DNA of 64,000 nt from Desulfobacterales bacterium (lineage in GTDB: Bacteria > Desulfobacterota > Desulfobacteria > Desulfobacterales > UBA2245), in contig JAXGZF010000004.1 in NCBI GenBank assembly GCA_040771865.1, positions 289,916 through 353,915 on the forward strand, read 5' to 3'. Positions 28,731-37,453 of this stretch are shown in pieces; positions within the stretch are counted from its first letter, which is position 1; each line of letters opens with the position of its first letter. The position numbers were made by a program, and so were the translations under genes. The notes beneath the pieces are model-generated. The model did not search any database, was not told where the DNA came from, and saw only the letters and a program-made list of their open reading frames with translations.

Positions 28731-29561
28731 ATGGGGCTTTGGCGCGAAAGAGACGGTCGACGTCTGCATGTTAAGAGTAAACTGATGGGGGAAAGCCTGA
28801 TCAGCAAATCGTTCATAAAAAGTCTCACCGTTGCTCCGCAGCGGAGGCTTTTCCCGGATGTGAATATTATCAAGATCGGAGGCCAGTCCATCTGCGACCG
28901 GGGCGTCAAGGCCCTTCCCCCGATAATTGAAGAAATTGTGGCGAACAAGAAAGCGCACAAGATGCTCATTACGACAGGGGGCGGGACCCGCAGCCGGCAT
29001 ATTTATTCCATCGGCCTCGAGCTGGGTATGCCGACGGGCATCATTGCCAAATTCGGCAGTTCCATCTCGGAACAGAACGCATTGCTGGTGTCCACACTGC
29101 TGTCCTCCTGGGGCGGAATCAAGATCGGACATGATGAGGTCATCAAACTGTCAACCTACTTCGCTCAGGGCTGCATCCCCGTCATGCACGGGATGCCCCC
29201 CTATGATTATTTCGCTTTGCCGGCAAAAGGATGGCGCATCCCCATTCACCGAACGGATGTGGGCACCCTGATTCTGGCGGATCTGATCGGCGCACGCAGC
29301 TGCATCTACGTAAAGGATGAAGAGGGTCTCTATACGGATGACCCCAAAAAGAATTCCGACGCTAAATTTATCTCCAAAATCAGCGCGTCGGAACTTCTGG
29401 CACATGACTTTGACGATTTGATCATTGAACGGCCCTGCCTTGAGATTCTGCAGAACAGCGAGGTCATAAACAGCATTCAGGTTATCAATGGTCAGAATGC
29501 AGGCAACATCACCCGGGCATTGAAGGGTGAACATGTGGGAACCATCATTCATAAAGGATAG
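28731..29561 (+). CDS. Molybdenum storage protein subunit homolog (MosA/MosB-like, amino-acid-kinase/UMP-kinase fold)
   Basis: 276-aa ORF. IIKIGGQSICDRG, TTGGGTRSRHIYS, GMPPYDYF, HRTDVG, YVKDEEGLYTDDPKKN and GNITRALKGEHVGTIIH match my recollection of the conserved blocks of Azotobacter MosA/MosB. The length also matches. Confidence 0.75.
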   Translation: MGLWRERDGRRLHVKSKLMGESLISKSFIKSLTVAPQRRLFPDVNIIKIGGQSICDRGVKALPPIIEEIVANKKAHKMLITTGGGTRSRHIYSIGLELGMPTGIIAKFGSSISEQNALLVSTLLSSWGGIKIGHDEVIKLSTYFAQGCIPVMHGMPPYDYFALPAKGWRIPIHRTDVGTLILADLIGARSCIYVKDEEGLYTDDPKKNSDAKFISKISASELLAHDFDDLIIERPCLEILQNSEVINSIQVINGQNAGNITRALKGEHVGTIIHKG

Positions 29562-29932
29562 CGTATTCCGCTGGAAATAAATTCAGAACACCCGATATTT
29601 TCTCTGAAACCAACTCTGCGACATCTGTGGCGATCAAGCGGTCAGATGGAAAACTCATTCGTGTAACATGCAAACTGATGGGGAAAAAAAGTCTATCAGT
29701 TCATGGAAAGGCGCTGACGTACCGAACATCGAGATTGCCGTTTTGATAATTGCTAATAAGCTGTTGCATTGTAAACCAATTCATACCCCTTGATTGCGCT
29801 CAATTCCACAAATCCAGTTGACAAACAGATTCGAAGCGCAACCGGCTCAGCCGGTACTTTCACGGCTGACGGCATGTGCGTCAGCAATGGCGGTGTAACC
29901 GCCGCAATCGAAGTGCGACCCTGGTTGCCGAA

Positions 29933-31051
29933 TTAGAGCTCGGCGACGATTTTGCCCGTGACGGCGGCTTCGTAGCCGGGAATCGCGTCGATCTCTCTGC
30001 GCAGCGCTGCGGACTGGAGAACGTCCAGAAGGATCTTGACCGTGGGGTGGCCGATCAAGTCGCCGGGAATGACCAGATCGCATCTGACGGCTGTAATGGA
30101 CACAAAATCCAGGCCAAAGGCTTCGGCAATGGCCCTTAATCCCAGGGCGGCATCGGCTACGTTGCAGGCAACGCGGTAGGCGCCTTCTCGGTGGGAGGTC
30201 ACCTCGTTCCGATATCCATTGATGGCGTGTGCATTCACACCGGCGCGCTGCAGACAGTCGTCCAGCAGAATCCGCAGGGCCGCGCCCGGCTCTCGGTTGA
30301 CAAAGCGAACCACGGGCCTGGCGAGATCTGCTGCGGAATGAATGCCCAGGGGGTTGCCCCTGGCCACCATCAGGCCCTCTTCCAGAAGAGAAAATCCCAG
30401 AATGCTTCCGCGCACTCCAGCCAGTTTCTGGCCGGCCAGGACCACATTGGACTCTGTTTTACCCGTGTTGTGCAGGTGGATTCCCGCCACGTGAGTCAAG
30501 CCTTCGGCCAGAGCGTTGAGGGCGCGATGAGTTGAGGCGAACCGGCAGTGTACGCGCGCATCGGGCGCCATACGGGAAACGTAATGGGCGAGGATCTCAA
30601 AGGCCGGATCGCAGCCCATCAGAATGAGGGTTTTATCGAGACAGTTCGCAGGTGAAAAAATCTGAGCGCTTTTTCCGTCCCGGGTCAACACGCCGTCCGC
30701 CGGGCGCAGTCCGAATCCAACGGACTCGGGGCCCTGCAGAGAAATACCCACCAGTCGATCACGGACCATCCCCAAAGCCAGCCGGGATGATGGCGCCTTT
30801 TGACCGTTGATTATATGGACGGGCCGTGTGTCCGGCGGTTCCTGCTCGGCGAACAGGTCTTCCACCCGGCAGTTGAAAATGCGGGCCAGCCGAAGCGCGA
30901 TGGCGGTATTGGGCAGATAGCGCCCGGATTCAATGTCGTAAACCGCCTGGCGCCGGACGTTGATTTCCTCGGCCAGCTTTTCCTGAGACCATCCCCTGGC
31001 CAGTCGGTACTGCTTGACCTTGCACGTAATGGTATTGTTTTGTCGGGTCAT
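29933..31051 (-). CDS. Transcriptional regulator: N-terminal XRE-type HTH + C-terminal periplasmic-binding-protein-like (molybdate/tungstate-type) sensor domain
   Basis: The HTH is VKQYRLARGWSQEKLAEEINVRRQAVYDIESGR. The C-terminal domain of about 270 aa resembles PBP-like domains fused to HTHs near Mo/W genes (assigned from memory of the PF12727-type architecture). The start is ATG 31051 (alternative 31078). Confidence 0.72.
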   Translation of the reverse strand: MTRQNNTITCKVKQYRLARGWSQEKLAEEINVRRQAVYDIESGRYLPNTAIALRLARIFNCRVEDLFAEQEPPDTRPVHIINGQKAPSSRLALGMVRDRLVGISLQGPESVGFGLRPADGVLTRDGKSAQIFSPANCLDKTLILMGCDPAFEILAHYVSRMAPDARVHCRFASTHRALNALAEGLTHVAGIHLHNTGKTESNVVLAGQKLAGVRGSILGFSLLEEGLMVARGNPLGIHSAADLARPVVRFVNREPGAALRILLDDCLQRAGVNAHAINGYRNEVTSHREGAYRVACNVADAALGLRAIAEAFGLDFVSITAVRCDLVIPGDLIGHPTVKILLDVLQSAALRREIDAIPGYEAAVTGKIVAEL

Positions 31052-31315
31052 AGGCCCTTTCTGTTCAAGTTTTCTCATCTATCTGATGAAATCTTATAAA
31101 ATTGTATTGACCAATTTCTTTTCGTATGCAATGAGTTTGTGTCAAATGACAATTAAAAACGTCATAATTGCTTAAATTATACTTTAAACATTGTATAACG
31201 TTATTTGGATACATATTGCAACAGCGGTTTTCAAGCGGTCAGCCCGAATGGCATCGAATATCGCAACAGATGCCGCATGTCATTCAGACTGTCTCAATGT
31301 AGAAATTCACAGGAA

Positions 31316-32041
31316 ATGAACGATATTTACAATGAATTGAGGCAAAGAGCGGTAAATGTTCTGGCGGCCCATCATCTGCTCGGAGACAAGGTGACCGTCA
31401 AAGCCCACGCACTGAGTCCGACGGAGGCCATCGGTAATCCGGAGGCAGATGATTTTCCGATTCAGAAAGGCAAGGAGCGATTGATGCAGGCGGATATTCG
31501 GGGCTCTTTGGGCCAGGCGTTCACCGATCAGTTTGGTGATTTCGAGGGAACTCTGGAGGAGATTCTGGCCGCTGCACTGAACAGCAATTACCGCCGGGCG
31601 ATTTTTGTGGCCGCTTTGAACGCCGCTTTGCGGCATCTCAAGCTGATCGACGGCACCATTCACTGCCGCGACGAAGAACCCACAAAGTGCGCCAAAGCAG
31701 TGGCGGACCATATTCAAAAACATCATGGGAACGTAAAAATTGTTCAGATCGGCTTTCAGCCGCGAATGGTGGAGTCTCTGGCTTCCCGATTCACGATTCG
31801 GGTTCTGGATATGGACCAGGACAATATCGGCGCCCGCAAGTACGGCGCAGTTATCGAATCTCCCGAGGCCGCTGATACGGCCGTGGATTGGGCTGACCTG
31901 CTGCTGGTGACCGGAACGACCCTTGTCAACGGCACGCTTCCGGCCTATTTGGGCTCAAGGCCGGTTGTCTTTTACGGAACAACCATTGCCGGAGCGGCTC
32001 ATTTGATGGGGTGGGAGCGTTTCTGCCCGCACAGCGTCTGA
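31316..32041 (+). CDS. DUF364/DUF4213-like Rossmann protein (putative heavy-metal chelation domain family)
   Basis: The start at 31316 has the RBS AGGAA. The architecture is an N-terminal alpha/beta region followed by IVQIGFQP...VLDMD...ADLLLVTGTTLVNGTL. This fits my memory of the family, with moderate certainty. Confidence 0.55.
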   Translation: MNDIYNELRQRAVNVLAAHHLLGDKVTVKAHALSPTEAIGNPEADDFPIQKGKERLMQADIRGSLGQAFTDQFGDFEGTLEEILAAALNSNYRRAIFVAALNAALRHLKLIDGTIHCRDEEPTKCAKAVADHIQKHHGNVKIVQIGFQPRMVESLASRFTIRVLDMDQDNIGARKYGAVIESPEAADTAVDWADLLLVTGTTLVNGTLPAYLGSRPVVFYGTTIAGAAHLMGWERFCPHSV

Positions 32042-32199
32042 GGGCAAAAATACCGAATAAATATCGGCATTATTCGAAATGATCGTCTGACGAATTACCC
32101 GAATTTTCCGGATATCAACCATGGACTACCTGTTATTGGTAATCAGAAGTTGAATGCCAAGAATCGGCAAAATTTAATTTCACAGAAGAGGTTGAAAAA

Positions 32200-33000
32200 A
32201 TGAAATCAAAAAAGTGGGCGTTATATTTTTTGGCAGTGGTATTGCTGGCGCTGACCGTCATAGGGCTGGGCAATTTTGCAGGAAGCAGTGCTGCTGCGGA
32301 AACCGAGCTGCTCGTATTTGCCGCTGCTTCCACCACCGATGCCATCACTGAAATCGGAGACCTGTATGCAGCCCGGAATATAGGTCGCATCAAACCCTCA
32401 TTTGCTTCATCATCCACGCTGGCCAAGCAGATTGCCAGCGGAGCGCCGGCCGATGTATTTCTTTCGGCCAATCCAAAGTGGATGGACTTTCTTGAAGAAA
32501 AAAATTTACTGTTCAAAGAGACTCGATTCGATCTCTTGGGCAACCGGATTGTCCTGATTGCACCCTTGGACAGCATGATGGGCCAGATCGATGTGAAGCC
32601 CGGATTTTCACTGTCTGCATTGCTGGGCAAGGATGGCCGTTTATCCGTGGGTGATCCGGACCATGTGCCGGCCGGCATGTACGGGAAAGAAGCCCTGCAA
32701 AACCTCGGCGTCTGGGATCAGGTCAAGGATCGTCTGGCGCCGATGAAGGATGTTCGAGCGGCCCTGGTGCTGGTGGAACGCGGAGAAGCGCCCCTGGGAC
32801 AGGTTTATGCCACCGATGCCGCTGTTTCCAAGAAAGTGCGCGTGGTGGGCACTTTTCCGGCCGACTGCCACGCACCCATAGTCTATCCTGTGGCTGCGGT
32901 GTCCGGCGGAAAGACTTCAGAGGTAAAACAGTTTATGGATTTTCTGAAATCACCGGAGGCCCGGGCGGTCTTTGAAAAACATGGTTTTGAAGTGCGTTGA
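32200..33000 (+). CDS. modA: Molybdate ABC transporter substrate-binding protein
   Basis: 266-aa ORF with a signal peptide. LLVFAAASTTDAITEI, FASSSTLAKQIASGAPADVFLSAN, VGDPDHVPAGMYGKEAL and YATDA are typical ModA blocks. Confidence 0.9.
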   Translation: MKSKKWALYFLAVVLLALTVIGLGNFAGSSAAAETELLVFAAASTTDAITEIGDLYAARNIGRIKPSFASSSTLAKQIASGAPADVFLSANPKWMDFLEEKNLLFKETRFDLLGNRIVLIAPLDSMMGQIDVKPGFSLSALLGKDGRLSVGDPDHVPAGMYGKEALQNLGVWDQVKDRLAPMKDVRAALVLVERGEAPLGQVYATDAAVSKKVRVVGTFPADCHAPIVYPVAAVSGGKTSEVKQFMDFLKSPEARAVFEKHGFEVR

Positions 33001-33698
33001 TGGATTTTTTTCACCTGACAGAGGTGGAACTGGAAGCCCTGAGGTTGAGCCTGTGGGTGTCCGGGTGGGCCGTGGCCGCCAGTCTGCCCTTTGGCATACT
33101 GGCGGCCTGGGTTCTGGCCCGCCTGCACTTTCCAGGGAAAAGCCTTCTGGACGGTTTGGTGCATCTGCCGCTGGTATTGCCTCCGGTTGTGACTGGATAT
33201 CTGCTGTTGGTGATGCTCGGCCGCAACGGAATCATCGGCGCGCTGCTGTACAAGTATCTGGGCGTTGTTTTGGCTTTTAACTGGAAAGGGGCCGCGTTGG
33301 CCGCCGCCGTCATGTCTTTCCCTCTGATGGTCCGCGCGGTTCGACTATCTCTGGAAAGTGTGGACCCTGGGTTGGAAGCCGCGGCCCGCACGCTTGGGGC
33401 CGGTCCGGTGCGTGTATTTTTTACGGTTACGCTTCCCCTGATGGCGCCGGGAATTATAACCGGCATTATTCTTGCTTTTGCGCGCAGTCTGGGAGAATTC
33501 GGTGCCACCATCACCTTTGCATCCAACATCCGTGGACAGACCCAGACCCTGCCGCTGGCCCTTTACACGCTGACCCAGGTTCCGGACGGCGAGATGGGGG
33601 CCATGCGGCTGTGCATTCTGTCGGTTTTGATCGCCATAGCCGCGCTGATATGCTCTGAAATATTGGCCCGGCGCTTTGACGCCCGAATGAAAGGATGA
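32997..33698 (+). CDS. modB: Molybdate ABC transporter permease
   Basis: 233-aa polytopic protein with the EAA loop LEAAARTLGAGPVRVFFTVTLPL. Its start overlaps the modA stop. Confidence 0.9.
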   Translation: MMDFFHLTEVELEALRLSLWVSGWAVAASLPFGILAAWVLARLHFPGKSLLDGLVHLPLVLPPVVTGYLLLVMLGRNGIIGALLYKYLGVVLAFNWKGAALAAAVMSFPLMVRAVRLSLESVDPGLEAAARTLGAGPVRVFFTVTLPLMAPGIITGIILAFARSLGEFGATITFASNIRGQTQTLPLALYTLTQVPDGEMGAMRLCILSVLIAIAALICSEILARRFDARMKG

Positions 33699-33704
33699 TT
33701 CGCT

Positions 33705-34820
33705 TTGGAGATCAGCGTGAGGCGCAAACAGGGCGTTTTCAGTATAGACGCCTCTTTTCGGGGGGCCGGATCCGGAGTTACGGCTCTGTTCGGGCCCTCG
33801 GGCTCGGGAAAAACCTCGATCGTCAACATGGTGGCCGGATTGATGCGACCCGATGCCGGCCGCATCGCCATCAACGGTCTTTGCCTGTTTGATTCATCCC
33901 GGGGCATCGATCTGCCGCCGGAAAAGCGTCGCATCGGCTATATTTTTCAGGACGGCCGTCTGCTCCCCCATCTTTCGGTGCGTTCCAACCTGACCTACGG
34001 AATGCACCAGACCCCTATCGGCCGGCGTTTAGTGAATTTTGACCAGGTGGTGGATCTTCTCGGCATCGGTCACCTGCTCCATCGAAGACCGGCCAAGCTT
34101 TCCGGCGGTGAGAAACAGCGCGTGGCCATCGGCCGCGCCCTTTTGACCAGCCCGGCCATGCTGCTCATGGATGAACCGCTGGCCTCCCTGGATGGAGCGC
34201 GCAAGGCAGAGGTGCTGCCCTTTATCATGCGGTTGGGCCGCGAGTTCGCCATTCCCATTCTCTACGTCAGTCATGCTCTGGATGAAATACTCAATCTGGC
34301 GACGCACATGGCGATAATGGAAGAAGGCCGCGTTCTGGCTTGCGGAAACATCGAGGATCTTTTGTCCCGCTCGGACCTGCATACCTTTTTCGGAAGAACG
34401 GAAATCGGAACGGTTATTTCAACAGTGGCCGAAAATCCGAAAGATTCCTTCGGCCTGGCCCATCTGCGTTTTGGCGGCAAGATCCTTAAAGTTCAGGGCA
34501 TTCAGGCAGCCCCGGGCGCCCTGGTACGGGTGCGCATTCCGGCCAGTCATGTAGCCATTGCGCTGGAAGCGCCCGAACATACCAGCCTGCAGAACATATT
34601 CCCCGGAACAATTTGCGAGATACTGGATCAGGGCGAACATTTTGTGGAAGTGCGTCTAGATATCGGATGCTCCCTGTGGGCCCGAATCACCCGGCAATCC
34701 TGTGTGAATCTGGATCTGAAGCCCGGTCTGCCCGTTTTTGCATTGATCAAGAGCGTTGCGGTTTCTCTGGGCGCATCCACCAGAATCGGAACACCGGACT
34801 TCCTGACATCCTGTTTATAG
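33705..34820 (+). CDS. modC: Molybdate ABC transporter ATP-binding protein (with C-terminal TOBE/Mop-like domain)
   Basis: 371-aa ORF with a TTG start. Walker A is GPSGSGKTS, the signature is LSGGEKQR and Walker B is MLLMDEP. The C-terminal ...LVRVRIPASHVAIAL... region is TOBE-like. Confidence 0.88.
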   Translation: MEISVRRKQGVFSIDASFRGAGSGVTALFGPSGSGKTSIVNMVAGLMRPDAGRIAINGLCLFDSSRGIDLPPEKRRIGYIFQDGRLLPHLSVRSNLTYGMHQTPIGRRLVNFDQVVDLLGIGHLLHRRPAKLSGGEKQRVAIGRALLTSPAMLLMDEPLASLDGARKAEVLPFIMRLGREFAIPILYVSHALDEILNLATHMAIMEEGRVLACGNIEDLLSRSDLHTFFGRTEIGTVISTVAENPKDSFGLAHLRFGGKILKVQGIQAAPGALVRVRIPASHVAIALEAPEHTSLQNIFPGTICEILDQGEHFVEVRLDIGCSLWARITRQSCVNLDLKPGLPVFALIKSVAVSLGASTRIGTPDFLTSCL

Positions 34821-35111
34821 CCGGGCGTTTGAGAAATATTAAGATTCAAACCTTTCTCGGACGCAATTTGCATTGGATGCAATGCATCCGAATGTATTGA
34901 TCTTCAGCTATCCCTCTCCAATCGATTCCTGATTTCTCGATCCATTTTTTATTATGTTTTTTATTGACATCGAGGGATTGTATGATATTTAACTGTGCCT
35001 TAAATGACATATATCAGGATCGGCATATCATGACTTCATTCAGGCCGCAAATTTGGTTTTGCACCCTGATGAAATGAATCGGCAATAAATGTGTTGCAAA
35101 AGGAGTTTCCA

Positions 35112-36785
35112 ATGTTTAACGGCAATACCCGCATAATTTCGGAAAATCATCAAATCGGTTCGTATTCCTTTGAAGAGTATATGGATCTGGTCAAGTCATT
35201 TCACGGGTATGCTGCACCCGGCGTTATCATTGGAGGCTTCATGGTCGATCTGGCGCTGAAAAATCTTCCGGACGGAGAGTTTTTCGATGCCGTCTGCGAA
35301 ACAACCGCATGCCTGCCGGACGCTATTCAGCTGCTGACGCCCTGCACGTTCGGCAACGGCTGGCTCAAGGTTCTCGACTTCAACCGGTATGCGCTGACGA
35401 TGTACAACAAGGAGAACGGAAAGGGCGTGAGAGTTGCCCTGAGCACTTCGGCGGTTCGCGCCTGGCCCGATATCAACAATTGGTTTTTCAAGCTTAAAAC
35501 CAAGAAGGAACAGGACCCGCAGCGACTGAACGAGGCGATCAAGAATGCAGGCCATAGCATATGCAAGATGGAACAGGTCGAGGTGAATTCCGAGGTTCTG
35601 AAGCGCAAATCCAGAGGAAACGTCGCCGTTTGCGCCATATGTGGGGAATCCTTTCGAACGAACGGGGGAACCGTCTGCCGTGCCTGTCACGGGGAGATAT
35701 ATTACCGTATTTTCAGCGGCGCCGACCAGACCCAGGCGCCGCTCGAAATGCCCGCGCTCAAATCCACACCCGTTGAACAGGCCGTGGGGCTCGCCGCACT
35801 TCATGACATGACGGAAATCATTCCCGGCAAGTTGAAGAAACCGGCTTTTAAACGGGGACAGGAGCTTTCCATCGGAGACGTCTGCCACCTGCAGCGGATG
35901 GGGAAAAATCATGTTTATCTGAGTCAGGAAAATCCGGTCGGAGATGAATGGGTCAACGAGGATCAGGCGGCAATAGCCTTTGCCGCGGCCATGACAGGGC
36001 CTGGCGTTGCCGTCGGCGGCAAGCCCAGCGAAGGCAAGGTGAATCTGGAAGCGACCTTGGACGGGCTTCTGGCGGTTGAGGTCGAGCAGTTGAAACGGTT
36101 TAATCTGGTTCCGGAAGTCATTTGCGGATGCCTGAAAAACTTTACTCAGGTCTCCCGGGGCCAGAAATTTGCGGCCACCCGGGCCATTCCTTTGTTCATG
36201 CGGCGGGAAAATTATACCCGGGCTATAGACGTTCTGGCTGAAAAGCCGTTGTTTAAAGTCCTTCCAATGCGCAAGGCGTCCGTCGGCCTGCTGGTGACCG
36301 GCGAGGAAGTGGCCAAGGGGCTGATTGAAGACAGATTCATTCCGATTCTGGAAAAGAAGCTCAAACGGTATGACTGCCGGATTGTCGGAAAGGAAATCGT
36401 ACCTGACGATCGCGGAAAAATTTCATCCGCCGTAACTCGCATGATTCAGTCCGGTGCCGATATGGTGATCGCAACAGCGGGTATGTCGGTGGATCCGGAT
36501 GATTGCACGCGTCAGGGAATTATCGATGCCGGCGCCACCCAGATTCTCTACGGCGCTCCGATTATTCCCGGCGCCATGATTATGCTGGCTCAGATCAACT
36601 CGGTTCAGGTTTTTGGCGTTCCGGCATGCGCCCTGTATTTCGATGTCACCAGCTTCGATCTCCTGTTGCCCCGGCTTCTGGCGGGCGTTCCTGTCACAAG
36701 GGAGGATCTGGCGCAGATGGGACACGGGTCTTTCTGCCAGGAATGCAAGGTCTGCGTCTTTCCCCGTTGTCCGGTCGGCAGATAA
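35112..36785 (+). CDS. Fusion protein: FmdE-like domain with zinc ribbon + MoeA/MoCF-type molybdopterin-binding domain
   Basis: The N-terminal FHGYAAPGVIIGGFMVDLAL...CLPDAIQLLTPCTFGNGWL is FmdE-like. It is followed by CAICGESF...CRAC. The C-terminal LLVTGEEV...IVPDD...IATAGMSVDPDD is the MoCF-biosynthesis fold signature. The start at 35112 has an AAGGAG RBS. Confidence 0.68.
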   Translation: MFNGNTRIISENHQIGSYSFEEYMDLVKSFHGYAAPGVIIGGFMVDLALKNLPDGEFFDAVCETTACLPDAIQLLTPCTFGNGWLKVLDFNRYALTMYNKENGKGVRVALSTSAVRAWPDINNWFFKLKTKKEQDPQRLNEAIKNAGHSICKMEQVEVNSEVLKRKSRGNVAVCAICGESFRTNGGTVCRACHGEIYYRIFSGADQTQAPLEMPALKSTPVEQAVGLAALHDMTEIIPGKLKKPAFKRGQELSIGDVCHLQRMGKNHVYLSQENPVGDEWVNEDQAAIAFAAAMTGPGVAVGGKPSEGKVNLEATLDGLLAVEVEQLKRFNLVPEVICGCLKNFTQVSRGQKFAATRAIPLFMRRENYTRAIDVLAEKPLFKVLPMRKASVGLLVTGEEVAKGLIEDRFIPILEKKLKRYDCRIVGKEIVPDDRGKISSAVTRMIQSGADMVIATAGMSVDPDDCTRQGIIDAGATQILYGAPIIPGAMIMLAQINSVQVFGVPACALYFDVTSFDLLLPRLLAGVPVTREDLAQMGHGSFCQECKVCVFPRCPVGR

Positions 36786-36875
36786 CCGGTGGCCGGGTTG
36801 CGTTTGGTTTTATTGGCATGGAAGAAAATGTTCAGGCTATATTTGTGCCTGAGCGGTTATTAAGGAGTGAATTTA

Positions 36876-37295
36876 ATGCAATCGATCAGGCCTGTTTTAC
36901 GGCTGCACCTGTGGCTGGAAACCGATGACGGACTGGTGTTTGGTTTCGGCCGCGCCAAGCTGTTGCAGAATGTTGAGGAATGCGGTTCCCTGAAAAAAGC
37001 TGCCGAGGCCCTGGGGATGTCCTACCGGGCGGCCTGGGGAAAGATAAAACAGTCCGAGGCGGTTCTGGGAAGCCAGTTAATTCAAAAGACCGGGAGCAAC
37101 CGCAGCGGGTATGAGCTGACGCCTTTTGGCAAGGGCATCACTGAAAAATTCATGTCCTGGTTTGACAGGGTTGAAAAGAATGCACTGCAGGAAGCGGCCG
37201 CTATTTTCCCTTGGATGTCCGAACCCTATCAGGAAGAGCGTGTTTCGGAAGAAAGCGCCGCGGCTTCAGGCGGTGATGAAAAGTTTTCCGACTGA
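36876..37295 (+). CDS. ModE N-terminal-domain-only winged-helix regulator (no Mop/TOBE sensor domain), paralog 1
   Basis: LRLHLWLETDDGLVFGFGRAKLLQNVEECGSLKKAAEALGMSYRAAWGKIKQSE follows the ModE/LysR-type HTH pattern (GSI..AA..LGMSYR.AW). The ORF ends after about 140 aa, with no di-Mop domain. Confidence 0.7.
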   Translation: MQSIRPVLRLHLWLETDDGLVFGFGRAKLLQNVEECGSLKKAAEALGMSYRAAWGKIKQSEAVLGSQLIQKTGSNRSGYELTPFGKGITEKFMSWFDRVEKNALQEAAAIFPWMSEPYQEERVSEESAAASGGDEKFSD

Positions 37296-37424
37296 TTATT
37301 TCGCGTCGGCGCAGAAGGCCGGTAGGACTCCGTTCCTTCTGCCCGCGCGCGGATCTGTTATTAAAAACCAACCTCTATGCCGCTTTAAGATCCGGCCGGA
37401 GGATGAATCGGTACTTTCGGGCAT
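37296..37424 (-). pseudogene. 5' remnant of fdhE left downstream of fdhB copy 1
   Basis: The minus-strand ATG at 37424 gives MPESTDSSSGRILKR..., versus MPESTESSSGRILKG... at the start of the intact fdhE (42734). Similarity then disappears and the frame stops after 42 codons. The flanking DNA is near-identical to 42700-42820. Confidence 0.55.
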
Positions 37425-37453
37425 AAAACACTCCAATCTCGTGGATGCATGTG

